The notes below the pieces were generated by a model that ran no database searches, was not told the DNA's origin, and saw only the letters and a list, made by a program, of their open reading frames with translations. Shown here one piece after another: positions 51,691-64,000 of a stretch of 64,000 nucleotides of DNA. Source of the stretch: Eledone cirrhosa. Its lineage: Eukaryota. Made by a program: the position numbers and the translations under genes. The DNA lies in the NCBI GenBank assembly GCA_964016885.1, contig OZ024740.1:100192001-100256000 (forward strand), written 5' to 3'. Positions within the stretch are counted from its first letter, which is position 1, and each line of letters opens with the position of its first letter.

Positions 51691-53771
51691 TGTTTATGCC
51701 ATTGCTACTCATGTAATTAATTTTGTTGTTGTTGATGTTTCTGTTGTTCATGTTGCTATTTTCCTTCATCTCATCATCATTGTTCTTGCTAAAGCCATTG
51801 CTACTCATGTTATTGTTGTTGTTGGAGTTGGTATTCCTGTTGTTATTGTTGTTGATTTCGTTTCCAGTGCTACTTAACTTGTTGTTAATAATAATATTGC
51901 TATTATTGTTATAATTACTTAACTATAAAACAAACTCCTCAAGCTAATGACAATCAGCATGAGTTTACCCAAGGAAAAAATACAATAACTATAAAATAAA
52001 CAAAAACAAAAGTCACAATGTTTTGGTTAATGAAACCCACCTAAGTAATCCATTCATTTCTCTAATCTATTTCTGTTTATTGATCATAAGCCATTCTATT
52101 TAGATGACAACGAAAGATAGTGCTCTGCAGCTATAGCAATAGTTAAATAGCCAGGAAAAGATAAACTGAACTGAAACCAGCTGGATGGAGAATGGACAAT
52201 GAGAGAGACAGAGAGGGCAACTGTTCTCTAATCTTGCTGACAATTTGTCTAATGACGGCCTAGCTATAAAACAGCATTATTTCCTGTTATAATGATTATT
52301 GAGAGAAAACCATCTCAGTGTGGAAGACCATAAAGTAAATTAGCTATGTACAAACACTGCAGATATTATACTGGACCACACAAGACGACTGCACACATTT
52401 TAACAATTACATAAGGTAGAAGCGAGTTTGGCATAGTCACTTCAATTGCTAGAAATAGCAGTCAAACTTCTCTAATGTCATTCACAACCAGCTTAGAAGA
52501 TGAATTGCTTAATGAGGATATGGGTTCACTGTCCATGAGAAAACGATGGGGATTCTTCGATCATAGGATTTTTTAATCAAGAGTGACTTAGAACTAAACA
52601 ACAACATAATAGGGAGTCCACAAGGGAATTTAACAGTTTGAATATCTTGTAGTTATAGTTTTTCTTGTTGTTTAACTACCAAACCAGTCCTCATTGAGCA
52701 GACTTAAAGACCAAAGATGTTCCAGTCCTGAGTATCTCGTCTTTTTAGGGGTCACTATATGACCATTATCTAATGTGTCCCTTTTCTAATGGAATTACGA
52801 TGATAGGGTATAAAATAAGAACATTTTGTATCTCTTTCAAGCAAATCTAATAACCACTTTATAAATCAATCTTATGGACCAATACTGGCCACCATTTAAA
52901 TCACCTATGAGGTGCACTTCCTGAGAAAAACTACCGAGATTAGATGAGATAGGATCAGGAACAACAAGTTAATGAAAAACGGTTGGGACCACACCAAACT
53001 ATCAACACATACATTGACATAGAATACAGTGGTTCTGATGAATTGCAAGAATGTTAATCTATCAACTAACTTAATGTACATAACACAAAGATGTTTGACT
53101 ACAAGGACAGAGGCTGACCTAGGAAGACATGACATTAAGGAAAATCTGACATCACATGGCATTATGCTAGGATAAGCATTCCAATTTGCTGTCAAATGGT
53201 GATTCTTTCTCCCCTATGACATCTTGAAAAGTCAGAGGAAAGATAAAAGAAACAAATGAATAATGATTACTTTGCTAGGTTAAATTTTAGGCCCTCTTCG
53301 GTCACAAATGACTATAGGATTTGCACCTAGAAAGTTTGAGCAAGTTTGTTTGTTTATGGAAAATCAGTAGTCGCCCATGCATACTGGTTTCCCCTCTCCA
53401 CCTCACCAATTTTGTCAAAACCGATGCAGCTTGGTACCAGTGACGTCGCAACTCATTTCTACAGCTGAGTAAACTAGATGAACATGAAATGCTCAAGGGC
53501 ACAATGAATCACCCGATCTGGAAATCAAACTCACAACCTGATGATTGCAAGCACAGCACTCTAATCATTAAGACATGCACCTTCTAACATGTAATATAAA
53601 ATGGTTACATTTGCTCATTTTCTGATGAAGGACTAGCCTCCAAAACATTAAGACTGTTTTCCTACAATATCAAGCGTAAAACTAATATATTTCTTCATTG
53701 TAGTGTGTCATTTGCTTTGTTACTAATGTTTGTCTTTTATTATATACATACAAACAATTATATACATACAA

Positions 53772-54160
53772 GGGCGGTGGATTGGCAGTATCGGTAGAGG
53801 GTCGGACGCCATGCTTTGCAGCAAAGAGTTACGGCCCTTTATGGTCTGAGTTCAAATCCCGCCGAGGTTAACTTTGCCTTTCATCCTTACGAGGTCGATA
53901 AAATAAAGTACCAGTAATGCACTGGGATAATTGTCTGCCTTGTGCCAAAAGTAGAAATAATTATATGCATACAAGGGTAGTGGATTGGCAGTATCGGTAG
54001 AGGGTAGGACGTCATGCTTTGCAGCAAATAGTTACGACCCTTTATAGTCTGAGTTCAAAACCCGCCGAGGTTAACTTTGCCTATCATCCTTAATTAAATA
54101 AAGTACCAGTAATACACTGCGATAATTGCTGGCCTTGTGCCAAAAGTAGAAATAATTATA
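53772..54160 (+). mobile_element. Two tandem SINE-B copies
   Basis: Two head-to-tail ~200 bp units. Confidence 0.8.
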
Positions 54161-54181
54161 TATATATATATATATATATAT

Positions 54182-55790
54182 AAGTATTGAAGTTTCCGTT
54201 GAAAATTGAAAAAGTCAGTGGAATGAAGAGTGCTCTGTGTAAGTTACAGAGCTAAATATTTAATGTATAATAAACAATAGAGTATAATTACCTCATTACC
54301 AGAGGTTTCCCGAATAAGACGAATACAAGACACGTCCGCATTCGTTCATCAGACAAGGCAATTTAAAACATAGTGAAATATTTTAAAAATCTCAAGAAAG
54401 GCAAAAGTTTAACGGGGCAAAAAAAAAAAATAAAAGTAATAATTGTTTCTACTTTAGGCACAAGGCCAGCAATTACCCAGTGCATTACTGGTACTTTATT
54501 TTATCGACCCCGTAAGGATGAAAGGCAAAGTCAACCTCGGCGGGATTTGAACTCAGATCATAAAGGGACGTAACTATGCTGGAAAGAGATGTATAAAACA
54601 TAAAAATAAAGAAATATAGTAAGAGATATGTATAAATGTCTCTATATGCACTTACAAATATAAATGTGTGTATATACATGTGTACAAATGCATGTGTATA
54701 GTGAAAGAATGTGTGTGTAAGTACATACACGAAGGCATATAGTGTATTGTGACCACAAATACGTATATATATATGTTGAAAAAGGAATTGTAAGATAATG
54801 GAGTTAGCGTACATACAGACTCAGGGACTAATGGTTGAAATATATACACATACAAGGATGAAAGGACGCACGCGTATAAACACACACACACGCGCAACCA
54901 CATACATGTATGTGATATATACAGGGAAGGGAGTGTATCAGTCAAAGCAGTGTCAGACTGAATGGTTGATACAAATATAAAAATATGATAAATTAATGAA
55001 ATAATATATAAGATACGAATAAAAAATTAAGGCAAAGAGAAAGTAAATGGGAGGGGTTATAATATATAAAGTAACACCAGAAAAAATAAATAAATAAAAA
55101 GTAGAAAACATGCACATATGCGAACAAGCTCATACATATATATATAAAAAAATATATGTATACGTACAGACAAAAAAACACATGCACAAAAGCATACATA
55201 CACATACACGCATACATACATAAACACGCATACATACACACACGATATACATATATATACACATACATGCGCATCTAATCACACGCACGCACGCGACCAT
55301 ATATATATATATATATATATACATGTAAAAAACACGTATAGGTAAACGCACACATACACACACACATTCACACATACACGCACACATACGAATGCATTCG
55401 TATACATATACGAACACGTATACACATCTATGCACACATACGCATACATACATATATTAAAAAAACATCCGTATGAATAAATGGGTACAAAATATACGCA
55501 ACTAAACATACATAAAAGCGGCTGAGGGACAACGGAAAATATCTGGAGTTAAAAACACAAGTGACAAGTGATATCAAGTAGTGAAAGAATAGGGGGAAGT
55601 AAAACATGTAAAATTGTTAAGATATAAAGTAAGTGAATCAAATAGAAGGAGGGGGGGGTGACTAGTGGATGTGAAGTAAAAATAAAAATAAAAATAAAAA
55701 TAAAAATAAAAATAAAAGATAATTGAAACTGAAAGAGAAGTCTGTAAAGAAGGTAAGTTAAGGAAAGTGAAGAACAAGAGTTTATGGAGG
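54182..55790 (-). mobile_element. Inverted 3' arm (UTR/pLTR) of a Penelope-like element, containing a SINE-B piece
   Basis: 54437-55790 is the reverse complement of 56490-57430 joined to 63466-64000; hammerhead near its end. Confidence 0.75.
54291..54358 (-). ncRNA. Hammerhead ribozyme
   Basis: Minus strand CCTTGT CTGATGA ACGAAT...ATTCGG GAAA CC TCT GG TA ATGAGG: stems I-III can pair; GUA triplet. Confidence 0.65.
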
Positions 55791-55819
55791 ACAATACTAA
55801 CTCCTTTAAACATAACAAT

Positions 55820-56460
55820 ACGAAAAGAAAAATAATCTGGTCCCCCCGCCCCCCCCCCCCTACTCTTTAGCAGTTAAAACTAATGTAGGCAAAAAATTCC
55901 TAGAACTCTTAGATAAACATTTCCCTAGAACACATAGATACTATAAGATCTTCAATGGAAACTGTGTCAAAATCAGCTACTCTATTAATTCTTATATCCT
56001 TAATAAGAAAACACCCAGAGAACATCAAAATTGCTCCCGTAGAGTCAAAAGTGAATGCCCATTACAAGGTAAATGCAACACCAAAGCCATTGTATATGAG
56101 GCCAAAGTGACAACCACCAGCAACAACCTACCAGCCACCAGCGAACGGTATGTGGGTATGACACAAGATAAATTCAAAACGCGTTATTACTCACATGTCG
56201 CATCTTTCCGACATCCTGAAAAAAGATTTACAACAGCTCTGGCTAGCAGAATATGGGATCTGAAAGACCAAGGTATCCAATATAAATTAGATTGGTCAAT
56301 TTTGAACCAATCTAAAGAGGAACAAGAAGATGCCCACTGTGCATAAGTGAAAAATATTGGGTTTTACAGATCCTTAAATCACCAAAAACCTGCCTAAATG
56401 CAAAAACAGAAATCTTCACCAGTTGCCCACACATGAAATCACACTTATTTTACCAGCTCA
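55820..56460 (+). pseudogene. PLE RT C-terminus/GIY-YIG fragment
   Basis: IIW..PP.S..VKTNVGKKFLELLDKHFP..HRYYKIFN; CPLQGKCNTKAIVYEAKV...YVGMT...FKTRY..H. Confidence 0.8.
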
Positions 56461-57036
56461 TATAAACTTAACCCACTTTCAGACACTTATCCTCCATAAA
56501 CTCATGTTCTTTACTTTCCTTAACTTACCTTCTTTACAGACTTCTCTTTCAGTTTCAATTATCTTTTATTTTTATTTTTATTTTTATTTTTACTTCACAC
56601 ACACTAGTGACCCCCCCCCCCCCCTTCTATTTGATTCACTTACTTTATATCTTAACAATTTTACATATGTTACTTCCTCCTTTTCTTTCACTACCTGATA
56701 TCACTTGTCACTTGTGTTTTTAACTCCAGATATTTTCCGTTGTCCCTCAGCCGCTTTTATGTATGTTTACTTGCGTATATTTTGTACCCATTTATTCATA
56801 CGGATGTTTTTTTTATATATGTATGTATGCGTATGTGTGCATAGATGTGTATACGTGTTCGTATATGTATACGAATGCATTCGTATGTGTGCGTGTATGT
56901 GTAAATGTGTGTGTGTATGTGTGCGTTTACCTATACGTGTTTTTTACATGTATATATATATATTGTTATACTTTGGGAGGGTCATGTTGCCAACACACGT
57001 TTTCGGATAAAGAATCTTGCTAAACAAATTCAGAAA

Positions 57037-57122
<86 letters not shown>

Positions 57123-57432
57123 TCGCGTGCGTGCGTGTGATTAGATGTGCATGTATGTATATATATATGTGTCTCGTGTGTATGTATGCGTGTTTATGTA
57201 TGTATGTATGCGTGTATGTGTATGTATGCTTTTGTGCATGTGGTTTTTTTTTGTCTGTACGTATATATATATATGTGTGTATGAGCTTGTTCGCATATAT
57301 GCATGTTTTCTACTTTTTATTTATTTATTTTTTCTAGTGTTACTTTATATATTATAACCCCTCCCACTTATTTTCTCTTTGCCTTAATTTTTTATTCTTA
57401 TCTTATATATTATTTCATTAATTTATCATATA

Positions 57433-58489
57433 CTAGCAGTAAAGCCCGGCGTTGCTCGGGGTCGCTCAGTAGCTGTGTTAAAGTTACAATGTTAAGTTTC
57501 TTTATTGGCTTAAAAACTGTAGTGTCTACTGTGCAGACTTGCATGTGGTGTTTTTGATTAATATTCCCTCAACCAACAATATGCCTTATGGAAGTTAAGA
57601 AAACATAACGATAACCCGAATGTTATAACAAAAGAGGATGCTGGGGATAGAAACTGCACTGGTTATTTATTAACAAAGATCGAAAATGTAAACACTGCAA
57701 CGCAGAGAAAAACATTAGCGTAACCAAATTATCAGTTATGTCTGTCTGCACGCCTATATCACCTCTCTGCACGACTGTCTGTCTGCACGCCTATATCACC
57801 TCTCTGCACGACTGTCTGTCTGCACGACTGTCTGTCTGCACGCCTAACGACGAAATATTTGCTTGTTTTACGTAGTCTTTAAATAGACTTGTTTTCAAGT
57901 AAAAATATTGCTTTAAAATGCTTTTAAATGGAAATGAAGCAAAACGGAAGCATAGTGTTCGAACTGATGAATTTTGCAGGTCAATATTTTGCTGGCTCGA
58001 CAACTGTTAAAGCCAGCGTAATTTTTTACGTAAGACGCTCAATGTAAACAGAACAAAGGGAAATAACTGATAACTTACGCTCAAAAATCGATACATTATA
58101 TTCGATTTCGTCACATAGGGTGGGTCAATTTGAAATTTTTTTTTTTCCGATGTCTTCGCTAGGGCTCAATGTACAAGTATAGATGAATTTTGCAGGTCAA
58201 TATTTTGCTGGCTCGACAACTGTTAAAGCCAGCGTAATTTTTTACGTAAGACGCTCAATGTAAACAGAACAAAGGGAAATAACTGATAACTTACGCTCAA
58301 AAATCGATACATTATATTCGATTTCGTCACATAGGGTGGGTCAATTTGAAATTTCTTTTTTCCGATGTCTTCGCTAGGGCTCAATGTACAAGTATAGCAA
58401 TTTCGGTGCAATTCCGTGAGAGATTCTAAGAGGAGATGTGTGCCAAAAATCGATAGACAGACAGACAACCACAGTTTTATATATATAGA
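57433..58489 (-). mobile_element. Non-autonomous Helitron
   Basis: Minus-strand 5' TCTATATATATAAAA; 3' hairpin CCCGAGCAACGCCGGG followed by CTAG; inserted between A and T with no TSD; internal minisatellite 57739-57845 and 216-bp tandem duplication 57966-58397. Confidence 0.8.
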
Positions 58490-58493
58490 TAGA

Positions 58494-58694
58494 TGTAGCG
58501 AAGCGACAACTGTGGTGTGATAGCTCTGACGTCACAAACGGACGTCATAAAAATAACACAGACACTCCGGCAAAAAAAATGCAGAGCGACTACACGCATT
58601 TTTCTTGGAGCTGATTGTACATACACGCACCAGCCATTCGTATTCTTCTGAATATTTTTGCAAGTCATAAATACACAAATACACGTCGTCTAAA
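58494..58694 (+). repeat. 5' LTR
   Basis: TGTAGCG...GTCTAAA; direct repeat of 63262-63465 with few differences. Confidence 0.9.
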
Positions 58695-59179
58695 GTGGTT
58701 GACCCCGATTATGCATTACACAGCCTTCTAAAAAAACTTCGAAAAACTTCTAAAAGACTTCTAAAAACTTCTAGAGAAACATAGAAAAAAGAAATTGACG
58801 AAACTAATATTTTATTTCTTGCAACTATGCGAAAATAACGAAATTGAAAATTGTTCGTTTAACACAAAAAAAATTCACAATGGCGGAATGGTCGGCCAAT
58901 TTTCCCGCCAATTGTCTTTCTTCTCCGAAATGCAGCCATCTGATTGGCTGAGGCGCATTATGTGATGCCATCTCTTTCCCCAAATAAAAAAAAACAAAAA
59001 AACATTTAATTTTTCTGCCTTGAATTATTGTGACTTGTCGATTCCGGATTTTGCATTTCTTCTTTCTTCGTGGATGTTGAGGGAAATTTGTGTTGTTTTC
59101 TCGTTGTTCCAAACATCTAAAACGCGTTGCATTTCTTTACTTGGATATCATTTAGTATTTTTTTATGTGGAACTGATAC

Positions 59180-59954
59180 ATGCTAGTGATGAGTAGTCCT
59201 AATTTACCTGCGTTCTCCGGTGATCCCAAGCTCTGGTTTGCGCAACTGGATGCATATTTTGCTGCAAATGGAATTAAAACAAAGCAGAAACTCAATGTTT
59301 TGATTAGCGGTATACCTTCGTCGCTCGCCATCACGGCGAAAGATTTAATAACGGATCCGCCAGCCGGTACTTCGTATGATTCGTTGAGGACGGAAATATT
59401 AAGGAGAAACTGCCGTTCTGCTGAAAGCAGGTTTCGTGCATTATTGGAGGACGAGTGTTTAGGTGACAGGTCGCCGTCCGAATTTTTACGCCACATTCGG
59501 GACCTCAGTGAATCACCCGATGAGGATAGTTCATTTATCAAAAAGCTATCTTTTTCTCGCTTGCCAAACAATGTACAGATTATATTGGCTACCATAGTGG
59601 ACTCGAGCTTGGTGGAGCAGATCGCTGCGTCTGCCGATCGAATTGTGGAATTCTCTAGGAAAGCTACCTCGTCGGACTCGCTTGTTGCCTCTTCGACTTT
59701 TCCGAACCAACCCGTCTCGACACACGAGGATGCGATTGACGCCTCAAGTCGCGAAATTATGTAGGGAGAGTAGGCCATCTCCCAGGCGGCCAAGAAGTCG
59801 TTCGCGTTCCTTCGCGACTTCACGCCGTAACGCCAGCTTGACTGCCAGCAATTCGTCTTTTTGCTGGTATCATGCCATCTTCGCTGATAAAGCAAAACAC
59901 TGCCGGCCACCGTGTAACTATTCAACTTCGGGAAACGCAGACCAGAGTCACTGA
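59180..59954 (+). pseudogene. Gypsy gag (disrupted)
   Basis: LPAF..DP.LWFAQL.A.F; LGDRSPSEFL; C-terminal CWYH..F...A..C.PPC; G GGA AAC slippery site at 59930-59936. Confidence 0.85.
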
Positions 59955-62900
59955 AGGCGGCAGCTGATCTGTGTGCTACACACCCAAACCGCCACTTCTT
60001 TATTGAGGACCTCCTGTCCGGAAGATCTTTCCTCGTAGATACGAGAGCCTCCTGCAGCATTTGGCCGGTGAACTATGTTAAAGAAACTCCTCCTGAGTCA
60101 TCAATAAATTCTACAATTCAAAAATCTTCGACGAGAATTCAAATGGATTTTTATGGTTGCTGACCTACCATATCGGATCTTGGGAGCAGATTTTCTACAC
60201 CATTTTACATTGACGGTGGACGTCCGTGGCCGACGCCTAGTAGATGGCATTACTGGTTTTTCTCTTCGTGGCCAGAAAGCTAATTTTCTAACGGTTAGCC
60301 CGACCTTTTTCATCGCTAATGCTGGGAATCCCTATCATGCATTGTTGAATTCTTTCCCACAGCTTACTCAGGGAAATTTTCGAGTTGTCGAACCGACTCA
60401 CACAACGGAGCATTTAATCTCTACAACTGGTGCCCCAGTGTTCTCATGTCCTCGTCGCTTGCCTGCGGACAAATTGAAGGCAGCACGGTCCGAGTTCGAC
60501 CACATGCTGCAGCTTGGCAAAATTCGCTCTTCTACGAGCTCTTGGGCTTCTCCGTTACACATGGTACTCAAGATTTCTGGAGACCCACTGGGGATTATAG
60601 GAAGTTAAATGCTATAACTGTCCCGGATAGATACCCTATCCCATACCTGCAAGATTTTGCATCGTCGTTGCAGGGATGTAAAATTTTCTCGAAGCTCGAT
60701 TTGGTGCGAGCCTATCATCAAATTCCTGTCAAGAAAGAAGATATTCCGAAAACGGCCATTACGACTCCATTTGGATCATTCGAATTTCTTACCATGCTTT
60801 TCGGACTTAGGAATGCTGCTAGCACATTTCAACGGTTCATGGATGAGGTCACTCGTGGTTTAGACTTCGTCTACACTTATATTGATGATATGCTTATTGC
60901 TCGTTCCTCTAGAGAAGAACACATACGTCATTTGAATCTTTTGTTTTGTCGACTCAAGGATTACAGTGTTCAAATAAATCCCACAAAATGTGTTTTCGGT
61001 GCGGAATCACTGAATTTTTTAGGTCATGTCATTGGCTCTGAGGGTATTCGACCCCTCCCTCAACGCGTTCAGGCTATAGAGGATTTGTTTCCGCCGACCT
61101 CACTTCGTCAGTTGCGACAATTCCTAGGACTGATAAATTTCTATTGATGTTTTGTTCCGCATTGTGCTAATCTACTTGTTCTCTCTTACTGAGATTCTGA
61201 AAAATTGCCGCAAGAAGAACAAAGGTATCTTTTGACTCAGACTCAGCTCGAGGATTTTCAAAAAGCCAAATCAGCATTGGTTAGTGCATCTTTGTTGGCC
61301 CACCCAGTGTCCAATGCCAAGCTTTCGCTTTGTCTTGATGCGGCAGATACTGCAGTGGGTGCAGGCTTACAACAGAGTAGTGACGATCACCAACAACCAT
61401 TGGATTTTTTCTCCAGGAAGTTGAAGCCTGCAGAAACTCGCTACAGCACCTTTGGCCGGGAGCTGTTAGCCATCTACCTTTCCGTGAAACATTTTTCACA
61501 TATGCTCGAAGGAAGGTGTTTTACAATCTATACTGACCATAAACCTTTGACCTTTGCTTTAAGGGCAAAGTCCGACAAGTACTCGCCCAGAGAAACAAGG
61601 CATCTCGACTTTATCTCGCAATTCACAAACGACATCCAACACATTCCAGGTTCATTGAAAACAGCGGCTGACGCCCTGTCTCGATTGCAGATCAGTTCGA
61701 TTGCGTCATCCTACGACATCGATTTAAATCACTTGGCAGCAGACCAACCTGCACTGGAATCGTTGGATATTACATCAGCCGAATTTGAGACGAGTAATTT
61801 GAAATACCTGCCATTGCCTACCGCAGACGGATACATTCTCTACGACGTTTCCGTGGATTCACCGGGACCATTCGTCCCGCGAAACCGTTCGCCGTACTGT
61901 GTTTCTTGCTTTACACAGCATTTCCCACCCAGGATCTTCTGCCACAGTAAAGCTAATAACAGCCAGATTCTTCTGGCCAAATGCCGTTCCTGCATCGCTT
62001 GCCAGAAATCGAAAATCCATAAACACGTTAAGGCTCCGGTCGGTATTTTCTGTACACCGGACGCCCGTTTCCGGCACATTCATGTGGACATCGGGGACCT
62101 TGCCCAGTCAGTGGTGGTCATACTTATCTATTGACTGTTATTGATCGTTTTTCGCGATGGCCTGAAGCCATCCCCTTAAAAGACATCACTGCTGAAACGA
62201 CAACGCGTGCCCTAGTCGCAGGATGGATTTCCCGCTTTGGAGTGCCAACCATGATTACAACGGACCGTGGAAGACAATTCGAATCGAATCTCTTCTCTGA
62301 ATTGACGAAGATCATTGGCGCTAAACGCATCCGAACAACTTCATATCATCCTGCATCTAATGGAATGGTGGAGCGCTTCCACCGACAACTAAAAGCCGCT
62401 CTACGGACTTCTGACTCTACGCGTTGGAACGAGTACCTCCCTATTGTGTTGTTGGGGATTCGGTCATCAATAAAGGAGGATCTTGGGTTCTCCCCGGCCG
62501 AATTATTGTATGGTGCTCCCCTAGCGTTACCTGGACAAATGCTTGCCTCTGTCTATCTTGCTGCACAAGATCCGCTTTCCTACGTATCTCGTCTGCGTTC
62601 TTATTTTCAGGACCTGACGCCGATGGATACGAGGAAACAAACTGTAAAGTCTGCAGTCCCGAGGGATATTGCCTCGTGGACCCATGTGTTCGTAAGAAAC
62701 GATGTTGTGAGACCATCTCTCACACAACCGTATTCTGGACCCTACCGTGTGTTAGCTCATTCTGATAAACATTTCACAGTAGACATTAAGGAATCCAGAG
62801 AGACCATTGTGGTTGATAGACTTAAACGGGCCCACACAGATGCTCACACACCTGAGCCACATACACCCCCAATTTTCTCTTTTGCACACACACCTGTTTC

Positions 62901-62994
62901 TTTGGCCCCCCGATCACCAAGATACAAGACCACGACCCGTTTCGGTCGAAGAGTCCACTGGCCCGAAGAACTCTTCCAAACTTTTATTATATGA
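59955..62994 (+). pseudogene. Gypsy pol (PR, RT, RNase H, integrase), fragmented by frameshifts and stops
   Basis: FLVDTRAS (DTG>DTR), [81 protein letters not shown]. Confidence 0.92.
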
Positions 62995-63261
62995 ACTGGC
63001 CACTGGAGCCTTTTTGGAAACAAACTGTGTTAAACTGTGTACATTTAAGCTGCCCTTGTTGCAGCCCTTTGCTTTTGTCTTTCTTACGAGTTGTTGCATT
63101 TGATTGATTGTTTTGCATGTTTCTGTTGTTACATTTTTGCGTGCCTTGCCTTTTGTTTGCTGCTTGTGCAAACATTTCTTTTCTTTATTACCTATCTTTG
63201 CCTTGCTTCTCACTACATATGTTTACTTCTTCATCGATTGGTCAACTGTAGGAGGGCTATA

Positions 63262-63465
63262 TGTAGCGAAGCGACACCTGTGGTGTGATAGCTCTGACGT
63301 CACAAACGGACGTCATAAAAATAACACAGACACTCCGGCAAAAAAAAAAATGCAGAGCGACTACACGCATTTTTCTTGGAGCTGGTTGTACAAACACGCA
63401 CCAGCCATTCGTATTCTTCTGAATATGTTTGCAAGTCATAAATACACAAATACACGTCGTCTAAA
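63262..63465 (+). repeat. 3' LTR
   Basis: Direct repeat of 58494-58694. Confidence 0.9.
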
Positions 63466-63869
63466 TAGTTTTATACTTGTATCGACCATTCAGTCTGGCA
63501 CTGCTTTGACTGATACACTCCCTTCCCTGTATATATCACATGCATGTTTGTGGTTGCGCGTGTGTGTGTGTTTATACGCGTGCTTTCATACGTGTATGTG
63601 TATATATTTCAACCATTAGTCCCTGAGTCTGTATGTACGCTAACTCCATTATCTTACAAATCCTTTTTCAACATATATATATACGTATTTGTGGTCACAC
63701 ATACACTAATATGTTTGCCCTCATGTATGTACTTACGCACACATTCTTTCACTATACACATGAATTTATACACATGTATATATACACATTTATATTTGTA
63801 AGTGCATATACACACATTTATACACATCCCCTTACTATATTTCTTTATTTTTATTTTTTATACATCTCT

Positions 63870-64000
63870 TGGCAGTATCGGTAGAGGGTCGGACGCCATG
63901 CTTTCCAGCATAGTTACGTCCCTTTACGATCTGAGTTCAAATCCCACCGAGGTTGACTTTGCCTTTCATCCTTACGGGGTCGATAAAATAAAGTACCAGT
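63870..64000 (+). mobile_element. SINE family B (runs off window), inside the PLE right arm
   Basis: TGGCAGTATCGGTAGAGGGTCGGACGCC...; mirror of 54437-54585. Confidence 0.8.

Larger units (their letters stand above)
58494..63465 (+). mobile_element. Full-length, decayed Ty3/Gypsy LTR retrotransposon (CsRN1-like)
   Basis: ~200 bp LTRs 58494-58694 and 63262-63465; PBS TGG(T)TGACCCCG (tRNA-Trp type); purine tract before the 3' LTR; gag-PR-RT-RH-IN order. Confidence 0.93.

Noticed and set aside
2695-57557. Many ORFs rich in [12 protein letters not shown]
   Set aside because: Translations of (TA)n, (TG)n and (CA)n microsatellites, not genes.
59152-60060. 302-aa minus-strand ORF
   Set aside because: Antisense shadow of the GC-richer gag; no recognisable motifs.

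Overview
AT-rich, microsatellite-laden animal DNA with no convincing host protein-coding gene. The tRNA-derived SINE families, (TA)n density and TE content suggest a cephalopod such as Octopus (inference). Almost everything is transposable-element derived. The centrepiece is an ~8.6 kb palindrome (8791-17377) formed by two near-identical, divergently oriented copies of a GIY-YIG Penelope-like retroelement (PLE). It has an unusual two-ORF layout: a coiled-coil/basic ORF1 overlaps the RT-EN ORF in the -1 frame at an in-frame U UUU UUA slippery heptamer. Its terminal repeats carry minimal hammerhead ribozymes. Minimal hammerhead motifs from at least five repeat families are scattered through the window, mostly inside inverted repeats abutting (TA)n. 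The right end is a nest: a PLE inverted repeat is interrupted by a non-autonomous Helitron and a full-length decayed Gypsy LTR element. Also present: R4/Dong-like, RTE and CR1 LINE fragments, a hAT-like transposon 5' half, two SINE families (one sharing its 3' tail with RTE LINEs), and a 200-N gap. All calls were made by eye; no searches were run.
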